A stretch of 64,000 nucleotides of DNA. It comes from Candidatus Binataceae bacterium. GTDB taxonomy: Bacteria > Desulfobacterota > Binatia > Binatales > Binataceae. How positions within the stretch are numbered: the stretch's first letter is position 1; each line of letters starts with the position of its first letter. Below the pieces are notes generated by a model that had not been told where the DNA came from, ran no database searches, and saw only the letters and a list, made by a program, of their open reading frames with translations. The stretch covers positions 66 through 64,065 of the forward strand of contig JASHPB010000044.1 of the NCBI GenBank assembly GCA_030038355.1, given 5' to 3'. Shown piece by piece: positions 1 through 10,010 of this stretch. A program made the position numbers and the translations under genes.

Positions 1-453
1 TAGGCTAATGCTGTGGTTGCACGCGGCGGCGTGCCCGATCTCTTGTGCCATCTTCGATCTTACTCCGGGGGTCGTGTTTTTAACCTTGGTGAGCACGTCG
101 AACTTGTCATCGTGCGGCCCGGCCTGGACGCAAGTCCTAGTGTTCACCAACGCGCGCGCCGGAGGGTGAGGTTACTTGGTTGCTTGGTCAGCCTCGGGCC
201 GATTTTTCGAGGTCGTTTTGTGGGAGACGCCAACACGCGCTGCGTGGTCGGTCAGAAATGGAAGACAGGCCCCCCTACCCGCCTCCGAGGTGTCGCTTAC
301 CGCCTAATTCCAACCCGTCCCGACTGGCCTTGGGCGCGACCGCGATAGCGTTCTCCGCTGGGCGACTGAACCTGCTCCCGCCCAGAACCCCGGACGTATG
401 CAGCCGATTTTTTTACCCTGGCTAGGTAAAAGTGTTTGAATTTCTTGGATTAT

Positions 454-530
454 TGGCGCGCCCTGAGGGATTTGAACCCCCGACCCATAGATCCGTAGTC
501 TATTGCTCTAATCCGCTGAGCTAAGGGCGC
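454..530 (-). tRNA. tRNA-Arg, anticodon ACG, 77 nt with encoded CCA
   Basis: The reverse complement folds as a cloverleaf: acceptor GCGCCCU/AGGGCGC, D-arm GCUC-AGCGGAUUA-GAGC, anticodon stem AUAGA/UCUAU with loop CUACGGA (anticodon ACG), T-arm GGGGG-UUCAAAU-CCCUC, and 3-prime GCCA. Confidence 0.85.
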
Positions 531-569
531 GCTCGGAATTATCAAGCGTCCCACAACCGCGCCCGCCTA

Positions 570-1988
570 TCAAGTTCCTGCGCCGTTCTGCGACCCCGAC
601 GGTATCCAGACCGTCACCGTCGTCCCCTCGCGGAGCCGGCTTTCGATCTTTAGCGCCCCGTGATGCAACTGCACGATGTGCTTGACGATCGCGAGCCCAA
701 GCCCCGTGCCGCCCAGCTCACGCGAGCGCGCACGATCGACGCGGTAAAAGCGTTCCGTGAGCCGCGGGATATCTGCAGCCGGAATCCCCTCGCCCGTGTC
801 CGACACGATAAGCGCAACGCCTTCCTCTCCCGCCGCGCCGTCGATTCCAAGCATCGCGCGCGCCTCGGCCGTCACGAAACCCTCGCGCGGCGTGTACTTG
901 ATAGCGTTGTCCATCAGGTTGACCAACACCTGGTGCAGCCGGTCGCGATCGCCGAGCAGGTTGGGCACCCCCTCAGGACATTTGACCTCGAGATGGATTC
1001 CCCGCCGGGCCGCCTGCTCCTGCATCAGCTCGCCCGCCTCCTCGATTACGCGGCGCGGCTCCAGCTGCTCGAGCTTGAGCGGAGTGAGACCGCGCTCCAG
1101 GTCTGACAGCGAGACGAGATCATCGAGCAAACGCGCAAGGCGGCGCGCCTGGCGCTCGATGATGCTGAGAAAGCGCAGCGACGTCTCGCGATCTTCGACG
1201 CCCTGCGTGAGCGTTTCGGCGTAGCCGTAGAGCGCGCTCAAGGGAGTGCGCAGTTCGTGCGTCAGGTTCGAGATAAAATCGGCGCGGAGCGTCTCGTAGG
1301 ATTTGAGCCGCGTGATGTCGTGGAACACCAGCACGTAAGATGCGCCGCGCGCAGTACGAATCTGCACCGCACTCGCACCCAGTTGCAGAACCGCGGGGTT
1401 CTGGATCGCGATCTCGGCGCTGTACACCTCGCCATCCACCGCCGGGCGCATCGACTGCTCGACGAAGTTCTGCAGGCGCGGATCGCGGCACATCTCGATA
1501 AACGGGCGGCCGCGGTAATCACTCTCGGTGTCGAGCGCGAACATCTTGCGCGCCGCGCCGTTCAGCAGAATCACCTCGCCGCGCTGGCCGGTGACGACGA
1601 CGGCCTCGGTCATGCTGCGCAGGATCGCCTCGAGCTCGTCACGCTGCTCGATGAGCGAGTCGAACTGGTCGATTACTTTGTCGGCTGCATCGAGGAGACG
1701 ATGCTCTGCGCGGCCCATGGTATCGCGATCATCGGGCAGCACGTGCGGGGGCATTCGGCGCTCTTCGAGAGCCTTGGCCACTGAGTCAAGGCGCTCGGCA
1801 CGCCGCGCCCATCCGCTCCCGAGCGCCACGGCGAAAGTGATGCCGACAGCGAGGCCAAGAACGATCGCGAGCGTGATCCACCAAGGTGAGACCGCACCCT
1901 CCGCACCAAGAACAATCAGCAGGACCGCCGCCGGCGCGAGCCCGAGCAAAACGGCGGCGGCGATACGGAAGGTCGGAGCTTTAACCAA
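570..1988 (-). CDS. phoR: Phosphate regulon sensor histidine kinase PhoR-like; the start is uncertain and is probably the TTG at 1986-1988
   Basis: The ORF shows two N-terminal TM helices, an H-box HELRTPL and a G2 box GGTGLGLAIV. It lies directly downstream of phoB. The listed 574-aa ORF overlaps phoB at its N-terminus, and that part reads as junk. Confidence 0.8.
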   Translation of the reverse strand: MVKAPTFRIAAAVLLGLAPAAVLLIVLGAEGAVSPWWITLAIVLGLAVGITFAVALGSGWARRAERLDSVAKALEERRMPPHVLPDDRDTMGRAEHRLLDAADKVIDQFDSLIEQRDELEAILRSMTEAVVVTGQRGEVILLNGAARKMFALDTESDYRGRPFIEMCRDPRLQNFVEQSMRPAVDGEVYSAEIAIQNPAVLQLGASAVQIRTARGASYVLVFHDITRLKSYETLRADFISNLTHELRTPLSALYGYAETLTQGVEDRETSLRFLSIIERQARRLARLLDDLVSLSDLERGLTPLKLEQLEPRRVIEEAGELMQEQAARRGIHLEVKCPEGVPNLLGDRDRLHQVLVNLMDNAIKYTPREGFVTAEARAMLGIDGAAGEEGVALIVSDTGEGIPAADIPRLTERFYRVDRARSRELGGTGLGLAIVKHIVQLHHGALKIESRLREGTTVTVWIPSGSQNGAGT

Positions 1989-2733
1989 GCGCTTCGGGGT
2001 TGAAGCGGTAGCCGACGCTGCGAACGGTAAGGATAAGCTCAGGATTGGAGTCGTCGCGCTCGATATGCTGGCGGAGGCGGCGCACGTGAACGTCGACGGT
2101 GCGCGGTTCGACGAACGTGTCACGGCCCCAGACCATATCGAGCAACTGTTCGCGCGCATACACGCGCATCGGATGCTGGACGAAGAACTTGAGAAGCTCG
2201 AACTCGCGCAGCGCGAGATCCTTGCGCTTGCCTTCGACGAATACCTGGTAGGTGCCGAAGTCCATCTTGAGCCGCCCCTTCTCGAACACCCCACCCGACT
2301 CAGGCTCGGTGAGCGCGTTGGCGCGGCGCAGCAGAGCCTTGACGCGCGCGATAAGTTCGCGCGGGCTGAAGGGCTTCACGACGTAATCGTCGGCGCCCAT
2401 TTCGAGGCCCAGGACTTTGTCCACTTCAGTACCCTTGGCGGTGACGATCAGAATTGGCAGATGCGCTGTGTCGTGCGAATTGCGCATCGTGCGGCAGATC
2501 TCGAGCCCCGGCATCCCGGGCAGCATCAGGTCGAGCACCATCAGGTCGGGGACGCGGCGCTTCACGCGCTCGAGCGCCTGCGCGCCATCGACGGCCTCTT
2601 CGACGATAAAACCTTCCTGGCTCAGGTTGTAACGGATAAGCTCGCGAATGTCGGCGTCGTCCTCGACAATCAGGATCCGATAACGAATGCCGCGTTGGGA
2701 TTCCTGCACAACTTGCGTCGATACCTGCGTCAT
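1981..2733 (-). CDS. phoB: OmpR-family response regulator PhoB
   Basis: A receiver domain (ILIVEDDADIRELI...VLDLMLPGMPG) is followed by a winged-helix trans_reg_C (RTVDVHVRRLR). Its ATG overlaps the phoU stop (ATGA). Confidence 0.85.
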   Translation of the reverse strand: MTQVSTQVVQESQRGIRYRILIVEDDADIRELIRYNLSQEGFIVEEAVDGAQALERVKRRVPDLMVLDLMLPGMPGLEICRTMRNSHDTAHLPILIVTAKGTEVDKVLGLEMGADDYVVKPFSPRELIARVKALLRRANALTEPESGGVFEKGRLKMDFGTYQVFVEGKRKDLALREFELLKFFVQHPMRVYAREQLLDMVWGRDTFVEPRTVDVHVRRLRQHIERDDSNPELILTVRSVGYRFNPEALG

Positions 2734-3440
2734 GATGCCTCCCTCGCCTCCCTCTTCCTCGTCTCGACGTGCTTGATCATCTTGCCCTTGACCATGTACA
2801 CGACCATCTCCGCGATGTTCGTTGCATGGTCGGCGATACGTTCGAGGTACTTCGACACGAAAAGGAGCCGCGTCGCGGAGCTAATCGTGTGCGGGTCCTC
2901 CGCCATGTAGCTCAAGAGCTCGCGATAGACTTGGTAATTGAGCATGTCGACTTCGTCGTCGCGGTCGATCACCTGGTCGGCGAGGTCGGTATCGTCGCGC
3001 ATGAAGGCGTCGATACTGTCCTTCACCATCGTCTGTGCAATCTCAGCCATGCGGGGCAAATCGATGTAGGGCTTCAGCTGCGGAACTTCGTTCAGTTCCA
3101 GGGCGCGCTCGCAGATGTTAACGGCGTTGTCGCCGATGCGCTCGAGATCGGTCGTGATCTTGAGTCCTGTCGTGATGAAGCGGAGGTCGCTCGCGGTCGG
3201 TTGATGCAACGCGAGCAGGCGGATGCATTGTTCGTCGTTTTCGATATCGAGGCGATTCACTTCCTGGTCGCGCTCGATCACTTCACGGGCGTGGTCGCTG
3301 TCACGATTTACCAATGCCTCGATCGCCTCGGCGATTTGGCGCTCGACCAGGCCGCCCATCTTGAGCAGACCTGCGCGCAGGCCGCGCAAATCTTCTTCAT
3401 ATTGCCGATTGGTATGCTGCGGCTGCTGGGTATGATCCAT
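2730..3440 (-). CDS. phoU: Phosphate signalling complex protein PhoU
   Basis: Two PhoU repeats (RIGDNAVNICE, RIADHATNIAE) lie between pstB and phoB. Confidence 0.85.
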   Translation of the reverse strand: MDHTQQPQHTNRQYEEDLRGLRAGLLKMGGLVERQIAEAIEALVNRDSDHAREVIERDQEVNRLDIENDEQCIRLLALHQPTASDLRFITTGLKITTDLERIGDNAVNICERALELNEVPQLKPYIDLPRMAEIAQTMVKDSIDAFMRDDTDLADQVIDRDDEVDMLNYQVYRELLSYMAEDPHTISSATRLLFVSKYLERIADHATNIAEMVVYMVKGKMIKHVETRKREAREAS

Positions 3441-3456
3441 TTAGTGCTCCACGGGC

Positions 3457-4227
3457 TTAGCCGAAGCGCCCCGTTATATAATCTTCGGTCTCGCGGCGGG
3501 TGGGGTTGGTGAAAATCTGCTTGGTCTCGCCGTATTCGATAAGGTTGCCGGTGTACATGAAAGCCGTCATGTCAGAGCAACGCGCAGCCTGCTGCATATT
3601 GTGCGTCACTATTACGATAGTGAACTCTGCCTTGAGTTCCAGCAAGAGTTCTTCAATGCGCGCGGTGGATATTGGATCGAGCGCGGAGCACGGCTCGTCC
3701 ATCAGGAGCACTTCCGGCTTGACCGCGAGCGCGCGCGCGACGCATAGGCGCTGCTGCTGGCCGCCCGAGAGGCTCGCTCCGGGACGGCGCAACCGATCCT
3801 TCACTTCTTCCCAGAGAGCAGCCTGGCGAAGGCTTCGCTCGACGATTTGGTCGCGTTCTGCGCGGCTAATGCTGGCTCCGTTGAGCGTTAGTCCCGCTGC
3901 GACATTGTCCTCGATCGACATCGTCGGGAAGGGCGTCGGTTTCTGAAAGACCATTCCGATTCGCCGTCGCACCTGCACCGGGTCGATGTCGTCGCCGTAG
4001 ATATTTTCACCGTCCAGGAGGACCTCGCCATTGGCGCGGGCGCCGGGTACAACTTCGTGCATCCTGTTCAGGCAGCGGACCAGCGTCGATTTGCCGCATC
4101 CCGAGGGCCCGATGATCGCCGCTACACGCTTATCGGCGAACGATAGCGTTACATCGTGCAGGGCATGATGCTTGTTAAAGTAGGCATTGAGCTTCTTGAC
4201 GATAAGTTTTTCGGCCGTATCAGCCAT
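3457..4227 (-). CDS. pstB: Phosphate ABC transporter ATP-binding protein PstB
   Basis: Walker [10 protein letters not shown], signature LSGGQQQRL, and a PstB-typical N-terminus with C-terminal TGRFG. Confidence 0.9.
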   Translation of the reverse strand: MADTAEKLIVKKLNAYFNKHHALHDVTLSFADKRVAAIIGPSGCGKSTLVRCLNRMHEVVPGARANGEVLLDGENIYGDDIDPVQVRRRIGMVFQKPTPFPTMSIEDNVAAGLTLNGASISRAERDQIVERSLRQAALWEEVKDRLRRPGASLSGGQQQRLCVARALAVKPEVLLMDEPCSALDPISTARIEELLLELKAEFTIVIVTHNMQQAARCSDMTAFMYTGNLIEYGETKQIFTNPTRRETEDYITGRFG

Positions 4228-4229
4228 AG

Positions 4230-5105
4230 TTACTTAGCAGCCTTCGCGGACCCTCCCGTGACCCATCGCACACCGAGCTCGAGGGCCAGGACAAGAGCGG
4301 TGAGAACTAATGCTCCCGCCCACGCTTGGCGCTGCCAGTCAGCAAACGGCGAAATTGCGTAGGTATAGACCTGCACCGTGAGCGTGTTGATCGGATGAAA
4401 CAACGACGTCGACCAGAAGCGGTTGCCGAAGGAGGTGAACAGCAAGGGCGCCGTTTCACCCGCGACTCGAGCCACGGCGAGGATCACGCCGGTGGCGATA
4501 CCGGCGAGTGCGGTACGCGCAACGATGGCGAGGGTGGTCTTCCACTGCGGCACACCGAGCGCCAATGAAGCCTCGCGAAGTTCAGGCGGCACCAGCACCA
4601 CCATCTCTTCGGTTGTGCGTGTCACGAGCGGAATCATGATTGCAGCGAGCGCGACTGAGCCTGCCAGCGTAGAGAACCCGCCCATCGGGCGGACGACGAC
4701 CGCGTAGGCGAAGATACCAACAACAATCGAGGGCACGCCCATCATGACGTCAGCACAAAAGCGCACGGTGTTGGCGAAAGTATCGGCGCGATGGCTCGCG
4801 AGATAAAGCCCCGCGCCCACGCCGATCGGAACGCCGATCAGAATCGCAATGCCAACGACCTCGAGCGTGCCGACGATCGCGTTGGCCATGCCGCCGCCGG
4901 GCTCGCCGACTGGCGCCGGCATATGCGTGAAAAACGCCCAGTTGACGCTCGAGAAGCCTTTGGTGAGCAGATAACCGAGCACCAGGAAGAGCGGGATCAG
5001 GGTGAGGATCGTGGCGCCAACGGTCACGGTCATCATGAAGTCGCTTTTGAATTTGCGATATCGATAGCTGGTCTCGCGACCGATACCAATTACTCCGGCA
5101 GCCAC
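4230..5105 (-). CDS. pstA: Phosphate ABC transporter permease PstA
   Basis: A multi-TM ABC permease with an EAA-like loop, positioned between pstC and pstB. Confidence 0.8.
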   Translation of the reverse strand: MAAGVIGIGRETSYRYRKFKSDFMMTVTVGATILTLIPLFLVLGYLLTKGFSSVNWAFFTHMPAPVGEPGGGMANAIVGTLEVVGIAILIGVPIGVGAGLYLASHRADTFANTVRFCADVMMGVPSIVVGIFAYAVVVRPMGGFSTLAGSVALAAIMIPLVTRTTEEMVVLVPPELREASLALGVPQWKTTLAIVARTALAGIATGVILAVARVAGETAPLLFTSFGNRFWSTSLFHPINTLTVQVYTYAISPFADWQRQAWAGALVLTALVLALELGVRWVTGGSAKAAK

Positions 5106-6119
5106 TCAGTCGCCCCCTTCGAAGCGCCGCGCCGAGACACCGAGCACGAGAGCGCGCGCCACCACGTTCAGTACGATTCCCAAAACCAGGAGCACGAATC
5201 CGAGCTCCACCAACGCGGCCACATGCAAGTCTGACGTCGCCTCGGCGAATTCGTTGGCGATTACGCTTGCGAGGGTAGCGCTGGGGTGGAACAGCGAAAG
5301 CGAAATTTCCGATGAGTTGCCGATTATCATCGCAACCGCGATTGTTTCGCCGAGTGCCCGGCCGAGGCCCAGGATCACGGCGCCAATCACGCCGGTGAAG
5401 CCGTATGGAATTACAGCGGTCTTCACCGTCTCCCACTTTGTCGCGCCGAGCGCCAGCGCCGCTTCGCGTTGAAAATGTGGCACGACACGGAACACATCGG
5501 TACACACCGACGAGATGTACGGGATGATCATGATGGCGAGAATTACGGCGGCGGAAAGCATACCTACCGCTATCTTCGGACCAGTGAAGAAGGGCGTCCA
5601 TCCGAGCCCGAACTGCAGCAGCGGTTCGACGTGATCGCGAAGCCAGGGGCCCATCACGAAAATCGCCCACAGGCCATAGACCACGCTCGGAATCGCGGCC
5701 AGCAAATCCACCAGGAAGCCAAGGCGCATGCTCAGCCAGTCGGGCGCCATTTCGCTGAGGCATAGCGCCACGCCGAGGCTCAGCGGCACGGCGATCAGCA
5801 AGGCGAGCATCGATGACACGAACGTACCGTAGATAAAAGGCAGCGCGCCGTACTCGTCGCTGACGGGATCCCACTCGCGGCTGATGACGAACGAGAAGCC
5901 GAACTGCTTGATGGCGGGGAGACTGTCGTAGATAAGCGCGATCGCGAGGCCCAGCAGGAGGACCAGAATCAACAGCGCCAGCAGGAAGGTAGTGATGTTG
6001 AAGACGCGGTCGCCGAAGAGTCTCGCGCCGGCATGCGTGGCTCTCTCACGCTTCACCACCGCGAGCTTTTCCGCCACCGAGCTCTCTAGATCTGCCAAGC
6101 GGGCTTCCCTCAAGGGCAT
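5106..6119 (-). CDS. pstC: Phosphate ABC transporter permease PstC
   Basis: A multi-TM permease and the first gene of the pst-pho operon. It abuts pstA. Confidence 0.8.
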   Translation of the reverse strand: MPLREARLADLESSVAEKLAVVKRERATHAGARLFGDRVFNITTFLLALLILVLLLGLAIALIYDSLPAIKQFGFSFVISREWDPVSDEYGALPFIYGTFVSSMLALLIAVPLSLGVALCLSEMAPDWLSMRLGFLVDLLAAIPSVVYGLWAIFVMGPWLRDHVEPLLQFGLGWTPFFTGPKIAVGMLSAAVILAIMIIPYISSVCTDVFRVVPHFQREAALALGATKWETVKTAVIPYGFTGVIGAVILGLGRALGETIAVAMIIGNSSEISLSLFHPSATLASVIANEFAEATSDLHVAALVELGFVLLVLGIVLNVVARALVLGVSARRFEGGD

Positions 6120-6161
6120 TCCTCCCGCGACTTACACTAAAGCGTCGCAGGAACTTGAGCC

Positions 6162-6201
6162 TGTCAGAAATATTAGTCGGTGAATGTTTCCATAATGTTA
6201 C
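6162..6201. promoter_or_regulatory. Candidate Pho-box-like direct repeats in the pstC upstream region
   Basis: Four 7-bp units fall on an 11-bp register (TGTCAGA, TTAGTCG, ATGTTTC, ATGTTAC) inside an AT-rich 183-bp serS-pstC intergenic region. The CTGTCAG unit resembles the E. coli Pho-box half-site CTGTCAT. Confidence 0.25.
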
Positions 6202-6302
6202 CAACGATAAAACTGGCAATGAAACCCCGTGTTAAAGTATGAAACAAGGATATTTCTGCAGGATTTCATTGCCTTTAATCACCAAAATCGGTCCAACTTC
6301 GA

Positions 6303-7580
6303 TCAGGATCTTGCGATCCGCTCGGCGCTGTCCATGTACGCCCGCAGCACCTTGGGAATCGTCACGCTGCCATCCTCGTTCTGGTAATTCTCAAGGATCG
6401 AGATGACAGTGCGCGGCAGCGCAAGACCGGAGCCGTTCAACGTGTGCACCAGCTCGGGCCTGCCGCCCTTCTTCGGCCGATATCGAATCTGGGCGCGACG
6501 CGCCTGGAAGTCGGTGCAATTGGATACCGAGCTGACCTCGAGCCACTCGCCGCATCCTGGCGCCCACATCTCGAGATCGTAAGTGACAGCGCTGCTAAAG
6601 CTCAGGTCCGAGGTGCACAGCTCGACGACGCGGTAGGGGATCTCGAGGCGCTGGCAGATTTCCTCGGCATTGGCCACCATCTTATGGAACTCGTTATCGG
6701 AGGTCTCCGGCATCACCAGCTTGACCATCTCGACCTTGTCGAATTGATGCCCGCGCTTGATTCCGCGGACGTCGCGCCCGGCCGACATCTTCTCGCGACG
6801 AAAACATGGAGTGTACGCGGTAAGATAGATCGGCAGCTGCCTCTCATCGAGAATCTCCTCGCGGTAGAGACTCGTGAGCGGCACCTCGGCGGTCGGGATG
6901 AACCAGTAGTCCTCCTCGATGTCGCGATACATCGTGTCGGCGTTCTTCGGATAGTGCCCGGTGCTGGTGACGGTCGCGGTATTGACCATCAGCGGCGGCA
7001 GAATCTCGCGATAGCCTTGCTCCTTGATTTTGACATCGAGCATCCAGCTGATCAGCGCGCGCTCGAGCCGCGCGCCGAGCCCACTCATCACATAGAAGCG
7101 CGTGCCCGAGAGCTTCACGCCACGATCGAAGTCGATGATGCCGAGCTTCTCGCCAATCTCCCAGTGCGCGAGCGGCTTGAACGATGTGAACTGGAGCGGC
7201 TCGCCGATCGTGCGAATCACGCGGTTGTCGGCCTCGCTCGAACCAACGACGACGTAGGGCCGCGGAAGGTTGCGGATGCCGAGCATCAGCTCGCTCAGCG
7301 TGCGCTCCAGCTCGGCGAATTCCTTCTCGCCAGCGCCGATCTGATCGCCGAGCGCGCGCATCTCGGCGCGCTTCTTATCTCGCTCCTCGGGGCTCGCCTT
7401 GCCAAGCTCCTTCGATTCACGAGTGCGCCGCGCGCGCAGCTCGTCGAGCTCGAACTGAAGCTTTCGGCGGCGCGAATCGGTCTCGAGCACGCGACCGATT
7501 TCTGCGGGATCGACGCCGGCTTTAGCCAGTTCGGCTTTGACGAAATCGGGCTGTTCGCGAATCAACTTGATATCGAGCAT
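6303..7580 (-). CDS. serS: Serine--tRNA ligase
   Basis: 425 aa with an N-terminal coiled-coil arm (MLDIKLIREQPDFVKAELAKAG) and a class II aaRS core. Confidence 0.9.
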   Translation of the reverse strand: MLDIKLIREQPDFVKAELAKAGVDPAEIGRVLETDSRRRKLQFELDELRARRTRESKELGKASPEERDKKRAEMRALGDQIGAGEKEFAELERTLSELMLGIRNLPRPYVVVGSSEADNRVIRTIGEPLQFTSFKPLAHWEIGEKLGIIDFDRGVKLSGTRFYVMSGLGARLERALISWMLDVKIKEQGYREILPPLMVNTATVTSTGHYPKNADTMYRDIEEDYWFIPTAEVPLTSLYREEILDERQLPIYLTAYTPCFRREKMSAGRDVRGIKRGHQFDKVEMVKLVMPETSDNEFHKMVANAEEICQRLEIPYRVVELCTSDLSFSSAVTYDLEMWAPGCGEWLEVSSVSNCTDFQARRAQIRYRPKKGGRPELVHTLNGSGLALPRTVISILENYQNEDGSVTIPKVLRAYMDSAERIARS

Positions 7581-7612
7581 CGGCTAGAAAGCATCCTTAA
7601 TCCGTTCGAGCT

Positions 7613-7858
7613 TCATCTTCTGTCATCGAGAGTAATTGCGACCAGCTCGAATCTCATCGCGCGATCGGACACGCGTCGCCGCACCGCAAACGCCTCGCCC
7701 GCCCGCCGCATCCGCTCCTCTTTGCGTCCGTCCACCGAGTCGGCCGGCTCACCCGCGCCGACACCGCTTCGCGTCTTCACCTCGATGAACACGACTGTCT
7801 CGCCGTCGATCGCGACAAAATCGATCTCGGCGCCCGCGGCGCGAATGTTACGGGCCAA
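7613..7858 (-). pseudogene. yraN: YraN-family (UPF0102) endonuclease, apparently N-terminally truncated or frameshifted
   Basis: The C-terminal part (LARNIRAAGAEIDFVAIDGETVVFIEVKTR) matches the YraN core, but the ORF begins at a TTG with an in-frame TAA two codons upstream. A YraN-like N-terminus (RGGSTRAARRARRG, compare RGEDAAAEFLERQG) is readable in the +1 frame at 7868-7960. Confidence 0.5.
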
Positions 7859-8166
7859 AATAAGTTATCGGCGCCGCCGCTTCGGATGGCGTTCCACGGC
7901 GCGCTCGCCGCGCCGCCCGAGTGGAACCGCCTCGACAAATCGGGCGATCGATGCCTAAAGCAGCGCCCGCATCCGTCCGCGGCGGGGTTTTATCTTAGCC
8001 AAGACGCCCCCCTGCTCGCGAGATGGCCAGGTCGAGCCACGAGAGGTATTCAATATCGCCGCCGCGCATCAGAGAAGAGCGGTTTGGCAGTGGCGCGTCG
8101 CTCCCCTGACACGCCGCGCGCGGGATGTTACCATCACGAGTTCGCACGGACGCGCGGCTTAAGAAC

Positions 8167-8463
8167 ATGGCGGAGAACAAGATTACCCTCGAGATGGTCA
8201 AACACGTTGCCCGGCTCGCGCACCTTCAACTGAGCGACGTCGAACAGGAGCGCCTGCGAGCAGACATGGACCAAATGCTCGGCTATGTTGACAAGCTCAA
8301 CGAGCTCGACACCTCGAAGGTGCCGCCCACCGCGCAAGTCGGCGAGGCCGGCACGCCCATGCGCCCCGACGAGGTCAGCAATCCGTCGGCGCAAGAGGCG
8401 ATGCTCGCGAATGCGCCCGCGGCTGAACGCGGCTACTTCAAGGTGCCAAAAATCATCGAATAG
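8167..8463 (+). CDS. gatC: Asp/Glu-tRNA(Asn/Gln) amidotransferase subunit C
   Basis: MAENKITLEMVKHVARLAHLQLSDVE is a GatC N-terminus, and the gene sits immediately upstream of gatA. Confidence 0.85.
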   Translation: MAENKITLEMVKHVARLAHLQLSDVEQERLRADMDQMLGYVDKLNELDTSKVPPTAQVGEAGTPMRPDEVSNPSAQEAMLANAPAAERGYFKVPKIIE

Positions 8464-8516
8464 GTACTAAGTAACTATTGGCTTAGTATTCGATTGAGTA
8501 TTGAAGCAGGACCACG

Positions 8517-9977
8517 ATGTCATCCGGACTGAACCGACTGACTATCGCCGAAGCGTCGGCGAGATTGCATCGGCGCGAATTCTCCGCACTCGAGCTGACA
8601 CGCGCCTGCCTCGCACGGATCGAAGCCGTCGAACCACAGCTCAACGCCTTCATCACCGTATCCGAGAAAGAAGCGAATGAGCAGGCGGTCGAGGCCGATC
8701 GCAGGATCGCCGCGGGCGACGCCCCCGCCCTTTGCGGTATCCCCCTCGGCATCAAGGATATCTACAACACGTGCGGCGTGCGCACGACTTGCGCCTCGCG
8801 CATCCTCGAGAATTTCATCTCGCCGTACGATGCGACCGCGATCGCCAAGCTTCGAGCGGACGGCGCCGTGTTCGTCGGCAAGGCGAACATGGATGAATTC
8901 GCGATGGGCTCGTCAACGGAGAACTCAGCCTTCGGCCCGACCAAAAATCCGTACGACCTCGAGCGGGTCTCTGGCGGATCGTCGGGCGGCTCCGCCGCCG
9001 CCGTCGCGGCGCATCAATGCCTCGGCGCGCTCGGCACCGACACCGGGGGATCGATCCGCGAGCCCGCGTCGTTCTGCGGCGTGGTCGGAATCAAGCCGAC
9101 CTACAGCCGCGTGAGCCGCTTCGGCGTGATAGCGTACGCGTCGTCGCTCGACCAGGTTGGGCCATTCACCAAAAGCGTGCGCGACGCGGCGATAATGCTG
9201 CGGACATTGGCCGGCATCGATCGCCTCGACTCCACCTGCTCGGCCCGTCCCGTGCCGGACTATGAAAAGGCGCTGAGAGGTGAGGTCAAAGGACTCCGGG
9301 TCGGGGTCCCGAAGGAATATTTCATCGACGGCATGGCCCCCGAGGTCGAGAGCGCCGTTCGCGCGGCGTTGAAACAGTATCAAGCGCTCGGCGCGAGCGT
9401 GCACGAAATCTCGCTGCCGCACGCGAGCTACGCGATCGCCGCGTACTACTTGATCGCGACCGCCGAGGCGAGCGCGAACCTGGCGCGCTACGACGGTATC
9501 CGCTACGGGCTCCGCGTCGACGCTGAGGATCACAATTCGCTGTACGACCTGACGCGCGCGCTAGGCTTCGGCACCGAGGTGAAGCGGCGCATCATGCTCG
9601 GCACCTTCGCGTTGTCGGCGGGCTACTATGACGCCTATTACCTGAAGGCGCAGAAGGTGCGCACGCTCATCCGACGCGACTTCGAGAACGCCTTCGAGAC
9701 TTGCGACGTCATCGCCACGCCGGTCGCGCCAACCACCGCTTTCAAGATTGGCGAAAAGATGGATGATCCGCTGACGATGTACCTGTCGGACATCTTCACG
9801 ATTTCGGTGAATCTCGCGGGCCTGCCCGGGATGTCGATTCCGTGCGGATATGACAGCAACGGCCTGCCGATCGGAATGCAACTCATCGGGCCGCCGTTCA
9901 GCGAGGAAATGATTTTGCGCGCCGGCGACGCATACGAGCGTTCGGGTGCATTCACGCGGCGTGAGCCGGCAATCTGA
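8517..9977 (+). CDS. gatA: Glutamyl-tRNA(Gln) amidotransferase subunit A
   Basis: 486 aa with an amidase signature region ([13 protein letters not shown]) and the conserved GatA N-terminus. Confidence 0.9.
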   Translation: MSSGLNRLTIAEASARLHRREFSALELTRACLARIEAVEPQLNAFITVSEKEANEQAVEADRRIAAGDAPALCGIPLGIKDIYNTCGVRTTCASRILENFISPYDATAIAKLRADGAVFVGKANMDEFAMGSSTENSAFGPTKNPYDLERVSGGSSGGSAAAVAAHQCLGALGTDTGGSIREPASFCGVVGIKPTYSRVSRFGVIAYASSLDQVGPFTKSVRDAAIMLRTLAGIDRLDSTCSARPVPDYEKALRGEVKGLRVGVPKEYFIDGMAPEVESAVRAALKQYQALGASVHEISLPHASYAIAAYYLIATAEASANLARYDGIRYGLRVDAEDHNSLYDLTRALGFGTEVKRRIMLGTFALSAGYYDAYYLKAQKVRTLIRRDFENAFETCDVIATPVAPTTAFKIGEKMDDPLTMYLSDIFTISVNLAGLPGMSIPCGYDSNGLPIGMQLIGPPFSEEMILRAGDAYERSGAFTRREPAI

Positions 9978-10010
9978 ATTGTGTTGCTGAACTATTGTTG
10001 AGCGAGAGCT

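Noticed and set aside
399-430. An AU-rich hairpin TTTACC-ctggcta-GGTAAA flanked by T and A runs, as a terminator downstream of tRNA-Arg
   Set aside because: The stem is only 6 bp and AU-rich, and for the minus-strand transcript the run following the hairpin is A, not U. It is too weak to call.
6444-7958. A 504-aa plus-strand ORF, and similar long ORFs (1528-2910 +, 9561-10640 -, 20640-21548 +, 24907-25767 +, 28252-28974 +, 49499-51235 -, 55101-56198 +)
   Set aside because: All lie antisense to strongly supported genes (serS, phoR/phoB, gatA/gatB, GPH, amidohydrolase, MFS, uvrD, GT). Their translations are Arg/Ala/Pro-rich with no motifs, as is typical of stop-poor reverse frames in high-GC DNA.
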